Below, one piece after another: positions 38,160 to 49,948 of a stretch of DNA of 64,000 nt. The position numbers were made by a program, and so were the translations under genes. The notes beneath the pieces are model-generated. The model made no database searches. It saw only the letters and a program-made list of their open reading frames with translations, and was not told the DNA's origin. The stretch is from the NCBI GenBank assembly GCA_030324005.1, contig JARDVH010000097.1:63478500-63542499 (forward strand), in the 5' to 3' direction. Source of the stretch: Negaprion brevirostris (taxonomy: Eukaryota). How positions within the stretch are numbered: the first letter of the stretch is position 1; each line of letters opens with the position of its first letter.

Positions 38160-38690
38160 AGTGTGGGCATGATTAAGAAGTTCACAGATCATATGAAAAT
38201 TGCCTATGTGGTTGATAATGAGGGAGAAAACTGTGGATTGCAGAAAGATATCAGTGGACAGAAAAATGGTAAATGGATTTCAGTCAAAAAAAAGTGTGAG
38301 GAACAGAGAGTTTTGGATGTGAGAAAAGATTGGAAAAGAGGATGCTAAGGGGGAGTTAATTAATATATTAAAAATTATAATGGGATTAGACAGAATGCAT
38401 TCAAGGATCTTTTTCTGTTAAGTTAAAGCTAATAGGTAAATTTACAGCAATAGATATAAATATTATAGGGAAGTTGAGAATAATTTTGTTTCACCCAGAC
38501 GCCTGGGGAGAGATTTAGAACTCACTGCCTGAGAAGTGGAAGTAGAAACCCTTCCCACTTTTCAAAAATCCTTAGTTATGCACTCTAACTGGAAAATGGG
38601 AATTGGCTGGATAGATCTTTCTGGCCAGCAAAGACATGAGAGACTGAATGGCCTTATATATTGCCTATGTTTCTAAATTCTGTGTTTCTA
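38160..38690 (+). mobile_element. Decayed CR1 3' fragment
   Basis: IKKFTDHMKI (FADD-like RT motif) and a degenerate tail. Confidence 0.65.
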
Positions 38691-38867
38691 TATAGAAAAT
38701 TAGCCTGTGACAAACAATCAACTCCCAACCATTGGTAAGAAAAATGGCATGAGTGCTATATTTTTGCAGTGTTTCCTGGCGGTCTTATTAGTCAGTCTAA
38801 AGTTGCACTTACTTTACACTAGTTTTTACGTTCCAGTGTGGGCGATGATCTATGTCAAGAATATGTT

Positions 38868-39065
38868 AGTTTAACATCTGTTGTAGGAAAAATGCTTGAG
38901 TCCGTCGTCAAAGAGGAAATAGCGAGGCATCTTGAGTAGAATTGTTTGAAAGAGCAGACGCAGCACGGATTCGTTAAGGGAAGTTGTGTCTGACGAATTT
39001 ATTGGAATTCTATGAGGATGTGTCTAGCGCGGTGGATGGAGGGGAACCGGTGGATGTGGTGTTTC
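38868..39065 (+). mobile_element. CR1 RT fragment ending at an N-gap
   Basis: SLTSVVGKMLESVVKEEI...QHGFVKG motif. Confidence 0.85.
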
Positions 39066-41344
39066 NNNNNNNNNNNNNNNNNNNNNATAAACAAATAGCT
39101 ATCCAGCTGGCTGAAATGAAGACAGTAAGAATATAAAATCCAAATTTGAATTCGTGGTCTCCCTTAGAAATTTTGCTTTAAACTGTCAGGCTGCCAATCC
39201 CAGATTCCTGTCTCCCATGTCTGTCTGAGTAGAGTGTGGTGCCACAATTTAATGTGACAGTAACATGGATCTGATTCCAAGACATGCCACAATACATCAT
39301 TGTTGTTTTTCAGCCTTGTTTTCTGAAGAGATTTTAAAGTTATCATGTAATCACCTACAGTACAAAAATGATGCAATACAAAAATCTATATTTTGGACCT
39401 GACATCGGTTGAAATGATCCAGGATTAGATGAAAGCCTGCTGGGAACTTCGCGTGCTGTCTGTTGCCTGCTGGGTATCCCCATCAAACAATCAGTCGATG
39501 TTTGCATTTGTTTGAAAGAAAGCTAAACCCTATTCAATGGGATACATTGAAAGGTCACTCATCTTTGTACCGGGCATTCCTGTAACTGTACATAAAAACT
39601 CTATCAGTGCCTAAGATTGAAAATGTGTTGAGTGATACTGCCTGGCTATGTTTTAATTTGATTCAAAGTAACATAGATGCTCTTAGCCCAGAACATTTCT
39701 AAAGAAGTACAAGGTGCTTACTTGAAAGTTTGTCCAAGTTGCACATAGTCTCCAACACTGGCAGTTTAGCTTCAGCTTCTGTACCACCGCATTTAAACAG
39801 GCAACTAGATCTTCACCTCAAACTATTGAGATTATTGACTCAAAAATGACACTGGGATAGATCAGAACTATTTTAAAAGGTCTGATATTGCTGCTGATTT
39901 GGGCACTGCTCATCTGTTTGAAACAAGCAACAGATGTGTGGCCTTCCTCTACTTCAACACACTCCCCTCATCAATCATACATTTCGCCTCCATTACTGCA
40001 ACTTGAGGAGATGCAGAATGAGCTTCGGTCATCTTACATTGAGTTGAATTACTGGCAAATTGTTGCTAATATCATTCCTTGCCATGTTGGCAAAGCTGGA
40101 ACTGTAGCTCCATTCATCTCCATGTATGATGGATAATATGAGTTCTCATAATTCAGTAGAATTAATTACATCTATTCTGTTACAATGTAAAAACAATACT
40201 TCTCATTCATCGCGGTTTGAATGGGCTTGTGATATGATACAGCAGATAACTTCTGTAAGCCATTATTACCATTTATTGAAAACGTAGATACAAAAACAGA
40301 TGCCACTAAACCAATTCATTGATGCACTGATGTACCCTAAGGCTGACTGAATAGCAATCCATTTTTCTGTGTTAAATATGTTGGGGTAGCAATTGGTAGA
40401 TGTTCCAGTTGCTTTGTGGATACATTTAGATGAATTGTTGTTCACCATATCAGTTTTCCCCAGTAACTTCAGCAAAACTTCTACAGAAGCAGCACAAACA
40501 GCAGCAGTTTACACAATTTCTTCATAGTTTCCACTGAAGTCATGGAGGCAAAGTGGATGAACCCTGTGGACACTATCCCCCAATCCCCATCCCATTTTTT
40601 TGAGGTAGACAAACTCCAAAGTTCTGAAATTGAGCCAAACTAGAGGATTTGCAAAATCAGCTTGACCACTCCAATTTAAATCACTTCAGATTAAAGATTA
40701 GCATTTTGCCCCACTGAAAAACACAACTTTGTGCTTTGGTTACTACATGTGAACTTCTCACTCAGCTCCCCTTTCTTAAAATATTTTTACATGTCACTGA
40801 GAGATGATAATCGAGATTTATCAGAAATCTTTGCCTATCTGATTACCTCATGATCAGTTTTGTAGTGAGCATTTATTTCCAAGCCATGGAATGTAGGCCA
40901 AAATAGGGCAATTCTCCTCATCGATAACCCTTTTGAATCAAAAGATGGCATGTCCGTATTCCCTGCATCCCAGGAATTGCTGTGTCCTAGAAATAATAAG
41001 ACTATTTCAAATTATAATTATACTTCCAGCAACAAATTTCACTCATACACAGAGTTGCCCAGTTATTTTGATCAAAGCAGTATTCTGAAAAATCCACTAC
41101 ATGTTGGGAATTATTTCTTTTAATCTCTAGTCCTCGTTGTAACTTGGTAATTTTTTCAGTCATACCTTCTGGTTCAGGTTCGGAGTCCTGGTTAAATAGC
41201 CTAAGCACATTATAATATCATAATCTTCTTTTCTTCAGTCAGAACGCATTTACATCTATAAAATTGACTTTGCAATTTAGCTTGCAAGAGCAATCACTTT
41301 TTTAAGAGTTTTCCATGCCCTTGTGCCCTTGGTGTTATAAAAGT

Positions 41345-41722
41345 GGGAGGGAATCTCATAGAAACTTATAAAGTCCTAACAGGATCTGACAGGGTAGACT
41401 CAGAAAGAATGTTCCTGATGGTAAGGAAGTCCATAGCTAAGGGTCATAATTTGAAGATAAGGATAAACCTTTCAGGACTGAGTGGAGAAGAAATTTCTTC
41501 ACCCAGAGGGCGGTGAATCTGTGGAATTCACTACCACTGAAAGTAGTTGAGGCCAAAATGTTGTGTGATTTCAGGAAGGAATTAGATATAGCTTTTGTGA
41601 CTGAAGGTACCGGGGATATGGGGGGAAGCGGGACAAGAGTATTGAATTTGATAATCAGCCGTGATCACAATCAATGACAGAGCAGGTTCCAAAAGCCGAA
41701 TGGCCTACTCCTATTTTCTATG
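41345..41722 (+). mobile_element. CR1 LINE 3' end
   Basis: NLIETYKVLTG..FFTQRAVNLWNSLP motif plus tail. Confidence 0.85.
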
Positions 41723-42271
41723 CATAATATTCTAACTGCACCCTCATCAAGCCATTGGATGTTAAACTAATCTGTGGCTGTCACATTAGTTATGATATTT
41801 TCTACAGCTTGCCAAAAGAAGATGACAATGTCTGAAAACACACTTAGCCAGTAATCCTGCTGCTATTAGCTCCAGACCGGAAAGCCTCCCCAATGGTCCA
41901 ACATGCAGTAATGGAGTATACAACATCATGCATGTATAGTTTGTATTCGGCAGCTTTCCTCACAGCTGGAGATCAAACATTGGTTTGAACTCATGAAAAG
42001 TCCCATTGTAATAGTAATATATACAGGAAGAAATGAGAGGGTCCCTGTCACTCGCACAGACTCCGACCAGACACTGGTGACGAATGTTGCCATCCTTGAT
42101 GCTGGCAGCTTCCAAGATGATGTTGACATCACTGCAGCTGCGCATGTGCGAAAAGTGCTCTCTTCACAGCTACAGCATCAACAAATACAGCTGAGAAAGA
42201 TAAACCAATAAAAAAAGAAACAAAATGGGAATAGAGGCGATGATTTAAAATTGTTAAAAAGGAAAAATAGA

Positions 42272-42705
42272 ATGACTTTCATTTAAATGGCATTTCTCTT
42301 GACCACCAAATGTCATAAGGCACTCTACAGTGACTGAAGTACTCTTAAAGAACTTGTAGTGCAGCAGCCAATTTGTGCTCAGCAAACTTCCAAAAATATT
42401 AATGGGATAATGACCAAATAACCTGATTTTGTGATGCAGATTGAGGGGTAAACAGTGTTTAAAACACCAGGGCCAACCCTCTGCACTTCTTCAAAATAAT
42501 GTCATGGGATCTTTTACATCCAAGCCAGCAGACAGATGGAGGCTCAGTTTAATGTCTCAGTCTGACAGCACATCTGATAGTGCAAACACACCCTTAAGAC
42601 CACACTATCAGTCTAGATTTTTAACACTCAAACAGTAGAGTGGAGCTTGAACTCAGAGCTTTGTGAGGTAGAGGTAAAAGTGTTACCAACTGAGCCACAG
42701 CTGAT
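42272..42705 (-). mobile_element. DeuSINE (SacSINE1-like), near full length
   Basis: tRNA-like head on the minus strand (tcagctgtggctcagttggtaacac...gagttcaagctcc), central domain cttcttcaaaataatgtcatgggatcttttacatcca, L2-like tail. Confidence 0.7.
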
Positions 42706-43912
42706 TCCCAAATGCAATGGTGAGTCCAGTAGGCTGTGAAGTGCCCAGTCATAAGATGAGGTGCTGTTCCTTAGGTTTGCATCAGGAATCCCATTGGAAT
42801 ACTGCAGGATGCTGAGGGCAGGAAGATCAAAGTGCAAGCAACATAGAGAATTAAAATGGGAGGCGACTGGAAGCTTAGGTTCTCACTTGTGGATCTAATA
42901 GCATTTTTCTGCAAAGCTGTCACCCAGTCTGATTTTGATCTCTTTGGATAAGAGAAGTTGAGAAAAGAGTTATTAGAGGAATTCACAATTAGGAAGGGTC
43001 TCATCAAATGAGGGGGAAATGTTGCTATTGCTGGATAGATCAAGAACTAGATGACACCAGTTTAAGTGGCTGGTGAAAGAAGAGCTCAGTAAGAAGTCTG
43101 ACAACACCAGGTTGAAGTCCAACGCTGGCATCTCCACACCATGACTATTAAAGAAGAGCTGACAATGCTAATAGCTTTTGTTTTATACAGAGAGTGGTTA
43201 GAATCTGGAAAACATTGCTGCAGTGTCTTTTCAATTGGGGTTTTCAAAAGGGAATTGGACCATTACCTGAAGAGGAAACATTTTTCAGGACTATGGGGAA
43301 AAGGCAGGGGAGTGGTGTTCAGTGAATTGTGACTGCAGGGAGCTAGCACAGGGACAAGGGCTGAAGTTTCCTTCTGTGTTGTAACCATTCTATGATTCTA
43401 AGTAGAGGTGACCACATTGTTAGCAGCGAGTACAAGAAGTACAAGAGAATTGATGTTACACTTGGAGGCAGTATTTAGGAGCCTTGGATGATGAGAAAGG
43501 AGGAGGTAAAAGGAACAGTGTTGCATGTCTTGTGCTGGCATGGAAGAATGTCACAAGAAAGTGAAGGAGTATTGGGAGTGATTGGGCCAGGGTGTCATGG
43601 TATTCCTATGCATTGCTGAAAGGGGAGGGAAAAGGAGATTTGGTAGTAGCATCACCGAGTGCTGGTGAAGGACAATTTGTTTAATATAGAAGCTAGTGGG
43701 ATGGAAAGTGAAAACAAGAACAACCCTACTGCGCTTCTGGGAGGGAGGGGAAGGACTGAGAATCAAAATGCATGAAATAGATTGGAAATGATGGATGGCC
43801 CTGTCAATTGCAGGAGGGACAATCCTCAGCTGAGGAATAAGAAAGACAAGCTGGAAACATTGATAGGGAAGAGTGCATCACCTGAGCAGATGAGACTGGG
43901 ACAGAGTCCTTT
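42706..43912 (-). mobile_element. Decayed PLE (second family), GIY-YIG region, interrupted by CR1 pieces at ~42955-43400
   Basis: Minus strand reads RLGDSFAE...PKLPVASHFNS and SRVVLVFTFHPTSFYIKQIVLH. Confidence 0.7.
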
Positions 43913-43917
43913 TGGAA

Positions 43918-44340
43918 GTACAAAGAAAATTACAGCACAGGAACAGGCCCTTCAGCCCTCCAAGCCTGCATCACCCATGCTGGCAGATGTAACTAAAACC
44001 CTCTATGCTTCTGGGGACCATATCCCTCTATTCTTATCTCATACATGTAATTGTCAAGACACCCCTTAAAAGTCACTATTGTATCTGCTTCCACTACCTC
44101 CCCTAGCAACAAGTTCCAGGCACCCACTGCTCTCTGTGTAAAATATCTGCCTTGTATATCTCTATTAAAACTTGCACCTCGCACCTTAAACCTATGCCCC
44201 CTAGTAATTGACTCTTCCACCCTGGGAAAAAGCTTCTGACTATCCTCTCTGTCCATGCCTCTCATAATCTTGTAGACTTCCATCAGGTTTCCCCTTAACC
44301 TCCTTCGCTTCAGTGAAAACAAACCAAGTTTCTCCAACCT
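43918..44340 (-). mobile_element. CR1 LINE 3' end
   Basis: ORF 43993-44337: EKLGLFSLKRRRLRGNLMEVYKIMRG...FTQRAVGAWNLL. Confidence 0.92.
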
Positions 44341-44346
44341 CCAACT

Positions 44347-44768
44347 ACCAGGATGCTGCCTGGTTTAGAGGGTAGATCTTATGAGGAAAGGTTGAGGGAG
44401 CTGGGGCTTTTCTCTTTAGAGTGGAGGAGGGTGAGAGGCGACTTAATAGAGGTTTATAAGATGATGAGGGGGTAGATAGTGTGGACGTTCAGAGACTCGG
44501 ATGGATGTAGCTAGAGGGCATAACTATAAGGTTCATGGTGGGAGATATAGGAGGCATGTCCGAGGTAGATTCTTTACTCAGAGAGTGGTTGGGATATGGA
44601 ATGCACTGCCTGCTGTGATAGTGGAGTCGGACACTTTAGGAACTTTCAAGCGGTTATTGGATAGGCACATGGAGCACATCAGAATGATAGGGAGTGGGAT
44701 AGCTTGATCTTGGTTTCAGAAAAAGCCGAAGGGCCTGTACTGTGCTGTACTGTTCTATGTTTCTATGT
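44347..44768 (+). mobile_element. CR1 LINE 3' end (different subfamily)
   Basis: RMLPGLEGRSYEERLRELGLFSLE...FFTQRVVGIWNALP; tail ttctatgttttctatg. Confidence 0.92.
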
Positions 44769-44773
44769 TTGAT

Positions 44774-45030
44774 AGTGGCACAGTGGTTAACACTGCTTCC
44801 TCACAGCACCAGGGACCCAGGTTTGATTCCCAGCTTGGGTTACTGTCTGTGTGAAATTTGCACCTGTCTGCATGAGTTTCTTCCCACAGTCTGAAAGATG
44901 TGTTGGCTAGGTACATTGGCCTTGCTAAATTCTCTCCAGAGTGTGGTGACCTAGGTGATTTTAATAGTAACTTCACTGCAGTGTTAATGTAAGCCTACTT
45001 GTGACACTAACAAATACACTGCAAACTTTA
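44774..45030 (+). mobile_element. tRNA SINE with alternative tail
   Basis: A/B boxes; tail ...cttcactgcagtgttaatgtaagcctacttgtgacactaa. Confidence 0.75.
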
Positions 45031-47164
45031 ATTTGAAATGCAACGGAAGATGTGTTTCCGATCTTCAGCATAGATTTCTCACCTACTCTGCTTTCTTCCT
45101 TTTGGAAAGTATTTTGCAAGTGAAGAATTGGCAGTTACGACAACTGACTATAGAAGAATATTGAGACACAGGTCCTGTGTTTTAGAACGTGATTTGGAAA
45201 CGAGTTCTGAGCTTTTGAGATTTTTTGCAGTCATTGTTCAAGATTCGAGTTCTGTATTGCAACTCATGTTTGAAAAAATGGCAGAGCAATTCCAGTCAGT
45301 CTCCAGTCATAACTCCCGCTCCTCCTTTCCTTGAACAAAACCAGGATAAAACAGAAAGCCACCTGTTTCTACCAGAGTTACAATGAGAGACAAGGCAAGC
45401 CACTTCCTGCACAATGTTGCTGCTCAGATCCCTCCCTGATCACATTTCTTTCTGATCTGGCAATGTTTGGCCCTAGGCACTTGTGTGGCATAGGCTCCAT
45501 TTCATTAGTGAGTAGAAACCAAACTGCCACAATACCATCCTGCATCTTTTAGAAGAAGGATGTGTTGAAAATATTGTGGGTGACACTTAAAACAGTTAGG
45601 TCTTTTTTTTACTCGATGAGATTTCAGTTGGGGCTTATTGAAATTATATTTTATATACCAATCAATAGTGCCCCCAAAGCCCAGCAGCCAGTTTCCTGGC
45701 AAGATTAGTCTCTGCCCCTCCCCTTACTGGCGAGAATTGCACTCTGGCACTTTTTTTGACTAAGTACCATAAGATTGCATTTTTCAACTTGACCGAGAAA
45801 TGAGTCTGAAACTCACACTTTTTCTTGCTCATTCAGCATTTTGAATTTTTTTGCTAAGTTTGCCCCCAATGAGTGTGATTACTTTGAACTTTGAGGAAAC
45901 ACAGGACACAATGGTGCCACTTAATTTATTTTTGACTGATTGAACAAAAATGACGATATCCAAAAATGAAATAGCCATCTTGTAAAAAACAATCACACAC
46001 AGGTCTTCTACCTACCAGTGTCTTCACATTCATCAAACATTATTCAGCACACACCCAAAACAAAGCAGTTGTATAGTTTGCAATGAGACATCAGCAGTCA
46101 TTTTTGTTATTACTGCTATGATATGAACAGTGCAAAGTTATTGAAGCTTATTAGTGTAGCTATGTTGTTGGAACAAGACGTTATAGACTAGGAAACAATT
46201 CAAAACTGTTCTCTTACTGCCTCTCTCCCATACCAAAAAGTTTCCCACTTTCCTTACACTGTACCATTAAGTACCATCCTTTTGAAGCAAACAAAAACTA
46301 AGTATGTTAAAAAGCATTCAAAGAGCTGTGGGTGATGGCAATCTGCAGGAGCAGCTTTCCCTCTACACCATATGCTATTAGCCAGACATCTCCAGTGCTA
46401 TTATCTCCAACCTCATTCTCTTCTCTCTCCCCTTCCTTATCTTCACTGTCCGGCTCATTACCCAAACCACACCACACTCACTGCAGAGTGCCTTGGTTTA
46501 CCTTGGCTGCCCATGTTCCGCATTTATTATGATAAGTAGACCTAGACGGGAAGAGGGTTGAGAGATTGCTGAGAGAGAGTGGGGATAATGGGGTGAGCAG
46601 ACTAAATTATCTTTTCCTGTCTATAAACATTATGGTATGCCAGCATTATTGTAATGTAGAGTATTATAACCCTCCAACTGATCAAGAAAGCTGGAAGAAA
46701 GTGCTGTAAGCTCCCCGTTCCAGTAGTAATTGAGAGAGTTATCTAGCACAAATTACACCAAGCTAATACATTGTTTTGCAGTATTTAAATTCCAACAGAA
46801 AAATCTAGTAGTCATTACATGAATTTGCACTGACTAAATCAATTGCTTGTAGCCTTTAGGCAATGCAATGAAGTATAAGCTATCACATCAGTTTTATTTT
46901 GTTAATGGCTACCCTGGAGAGTGATCAGTTAATTAACTTCTCAATAGTGGTAGGAGTTTATAGCACAGTGTTGTGATTTAACTCAAAATGTACTAGCCCT
47001 GTAAAGCTTTTAGGCTATTCGAGGAAAATACTGTACTGGATCAGGAGTTCTTGCCAGCCTGGATTGCCTGAAAAGGATTTTTATACTTCACATAAAGAAA
47101 CAAATACAGCATTTACAGTGTAAAAATATCCCTTGAGGATTTGTCTGTCATAATTATAGTTGTA

Positions 47165-47290
47165 GGATGGGATTTCCTGGCTGCGCTCACTCCAAGACCA
47201 GAAAAACCCACCCGAGGTCAGTGGACCTTTGCATGGCCTTGTCCCACTTGCTATGATTCCCATGGCGGCGGGACGGGGAAAGTTCTGCCC
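47165..47290. mobile_element. MITE, Harbinger-like termini
   Basis: ggatgggatttcc ... ggaaagttctgccc. Confidence 0.65.
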
Positions 47291-48789
47291 ATAATGTTCT
47301 TCTTATACTAATTTTGTGCTTCCAGTAAATGTAATTTTGCAAATTTTAAAACCTTTCTTAATGGTTAAAAAAAGTACTAATTAAACTGAGAAAAAATGTT
47401 CCTGAAAAAAATTAAATACCTTTTGCTTTTAGCTAATTTATTCCATGACCCAATACCAGTTCGGACTCCTGCACACTGGTGGTGGTGGTATCACCCCCAG
47501 GTTCAGCTTGCAATCAGAGTCAGGGCAAATAGATAAGTCCTGGGTATTAAAACCTCCAGGATGTTGGACCCTCAGCCCCCAATTCCTGCCCTAAGTTACA
47601 AGCTACCTTTAAATACTTACATTATAAGACTGTCACATTCAAAATGCAATAAACATGCTCATTCAGCTCACAATTGGCATCCTCACTATATTGTTCCTAT
47701 TTGATTTGATTTTAAACAAGATCCAAATTAGGAAGGAACATGTTTATTTGGAATGATTTTACTGTGATTTTGATTTGGTTGAATGTTGTCAGGCTTATTG
47801 AATCAAATATAACATAAGCGTCTGTTCATTTTTTATTTGATGAATTAAAATCCCAATGCCGGTATAATCATCCTTACATTTGTACTCAGTTATTTGGCCT
47901 AATCTTGTTCAGGGGATTTTTATGTTCTTACTGTGATACAACTGGGTGTTTTTTTAATTGCCTTTCTTAAGTAAATGTTGTATATTGCCTCTTTTTTGTG
48001 CATCGGTCCTTGAGCGAGCTTCTTGAAAAGGCTGATGTACATCGTTAACTGGTTTCTCTGCCTGTTTCTCTACGGGTGGACTAATCTTTTTTGTGCGACT
48101 GTGTAAAACTGAGAGTTGGAACAACATTCATTTTTCACAAACACATAAGTTATAGGATAGAACAGGAAGTAATATAAATGAACATGAAGCTGCCTTCTAG
48201 CACACTGTGCTTCTCAATAATTGATTATTTTGTCTCAATAACATTCTTAAAATACAAAACTTAAAAAATGCTATTCAAATGAACATTTTTCTGTTAAGGG
48301 CCTGTTTATCATGTGCAAAAGAATGAGCTAATTAAGTGACTCTGCAGTGTGGGTCATATTTTCAAAGCGTTAATTATGTAAGCACCATTATGTGAAAGTG
48401 TGCAGAATTTCCCACATCTGCATATTGTGTGCCTCAGTGAGAGATAACTATTCAAGCCCATGAACATTTCAGCCCCCTGCTGACTCTGCTTTTGTGAGTT
48501 TAACAAGAGGAATGAGTTGTAATCCTGCTTGCCTGGGCAAAACTGGCTGAGCGGGCAGTTAAAATTGGCTGGGAGAATTATCTGTCAATGTCCTGCTCTG
48601 TTCCTATTGCCTTCTGGTTTAACCCACTCTTCTTCTTTGAGAATGCGGATTGAGGCCTGATAACTGTGGCTTGTTCTTGGTTTGATTCCCTCCCCACTTG
48701 ACTTCTTGTGGGTCAGGACAGTAAGAAATCCTCCCCACAGTATCAAGTCAATCTGCAACTGGTACCAACAGGGATAGTCATCTATTAGG

Positions 48790-49165
48790 ACAGATATGGA
48801 TGGAAATAGATGTGTGCTGGCTCACCCAGCTGGACATTTGTCGGAAGGCACTGGAGGAGGATATGACCAACTGTGTAAAAGGCTACAGGCAGATCCTGAA
48901 GGATGAGGAGGGATAATTTGTTTTGTCACCATTCAACAGGGTGTCTTTTCTGATATTGATGAAAGCTATTATTTCAGTTTTGCAGAAGGGACGGAAGTCT
49001 TGTTGGGATCCAAACATGGAATTCTGGGAAAGATGGACATGAATTTGGGAAGCAACAACATATTCAAGGACTAGAGAGATTGGAGATGGGCTGCTAGTTG
49101 CAATGAGAAGGAGTCAAGGGTTGGCTTAATGAGGAGGTAGTAGGCCACAGTTTTAATCTAGAGTC
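48790..49165 (-). mobile_element. Decayed L2 RT fragment
   Basis: Minus strand QDFRPFCKTE..AFI.I..D.L corresponds to the QSGFRP.HSTETAL motif. Confidence 0.55.
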
Positions 49166-49276
49166 TGGAAGAATGTGTAAATAATAAATACCTAACGTTC
49201 TTACTCGTTACAGCTGCTGTGTGCACCATGAAAGATTGACTGCAGCATGTGCAGTATAGAAGGCAGTCAATTAGTT

Positions 49277-49605
49277 AAAAAATTCATTCATGAGATGTGG
49301 GCTTCGCTGGGTGGGCCAGCATGTATTACTCATCCCTGAGGGCATTTGATAGTGAGCCAGATTGCTGTAGATCTGGAGTCATATCTAGGCCAGACAGGTG
49401 TGGATGGTTGAGTTCCTTCATTAAAGGACAAGGTGGGTTTTTTACAACAATCAACTATGGTTTCATGATTTTAATTCCAGTTTTTTTTTATTGAATTCAA
49501 TTTTCACCATCTGCAACGGTGGCATTTGAGCCTGGGTCCACAGAGCATTATTCTGGGTCTCTGGATTACCAGTCCAATGATAATGCCATTATGCCACTGC
49601 TTCTC
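49277..49605 (-). mobile_element. SINE (29905 family)
   Basis: Reverse complement similarity to 29905-30183. Confidence 0.7.
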
Positions 49606-49812
49606 CTTGTCAACCCAATTCATAAAAGTGTCTGAACCTACATGAGGCCCTCGATTTGCATAAACAATAGAGTTAATAGCAGTTTAAACAGGTGCCCTGC
49701 GTGACTAAAGGCTGAGATAACCAGCCTGTGCAATCCAAGGATCTGTTTTCAGCCCCAAAAAATAACTGAATAAAGCTACGGGTTGGAAAATTCAGTGCAA
49801 TTTGTAAATTCA

Positions 49813-49948
49813 GGCGAGAATTTTCTGGCCCATTATGCCGACGAGGTTCTCTGGTCCTACTGCAGGGGATGGAAGTTTGGCCGAGAGACAGATTCTCTAA
49901 CCTTGCTTGCAGCACCGAAACAGCAAGAATGGCTAGAAAATTCTGGCC
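49813..49948. mobile_element. MITE, Harbinger-like termini
   Basis: ggcgagaattttctggcc ... ggctagaaaattctggcc. Confidence 0.75.
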
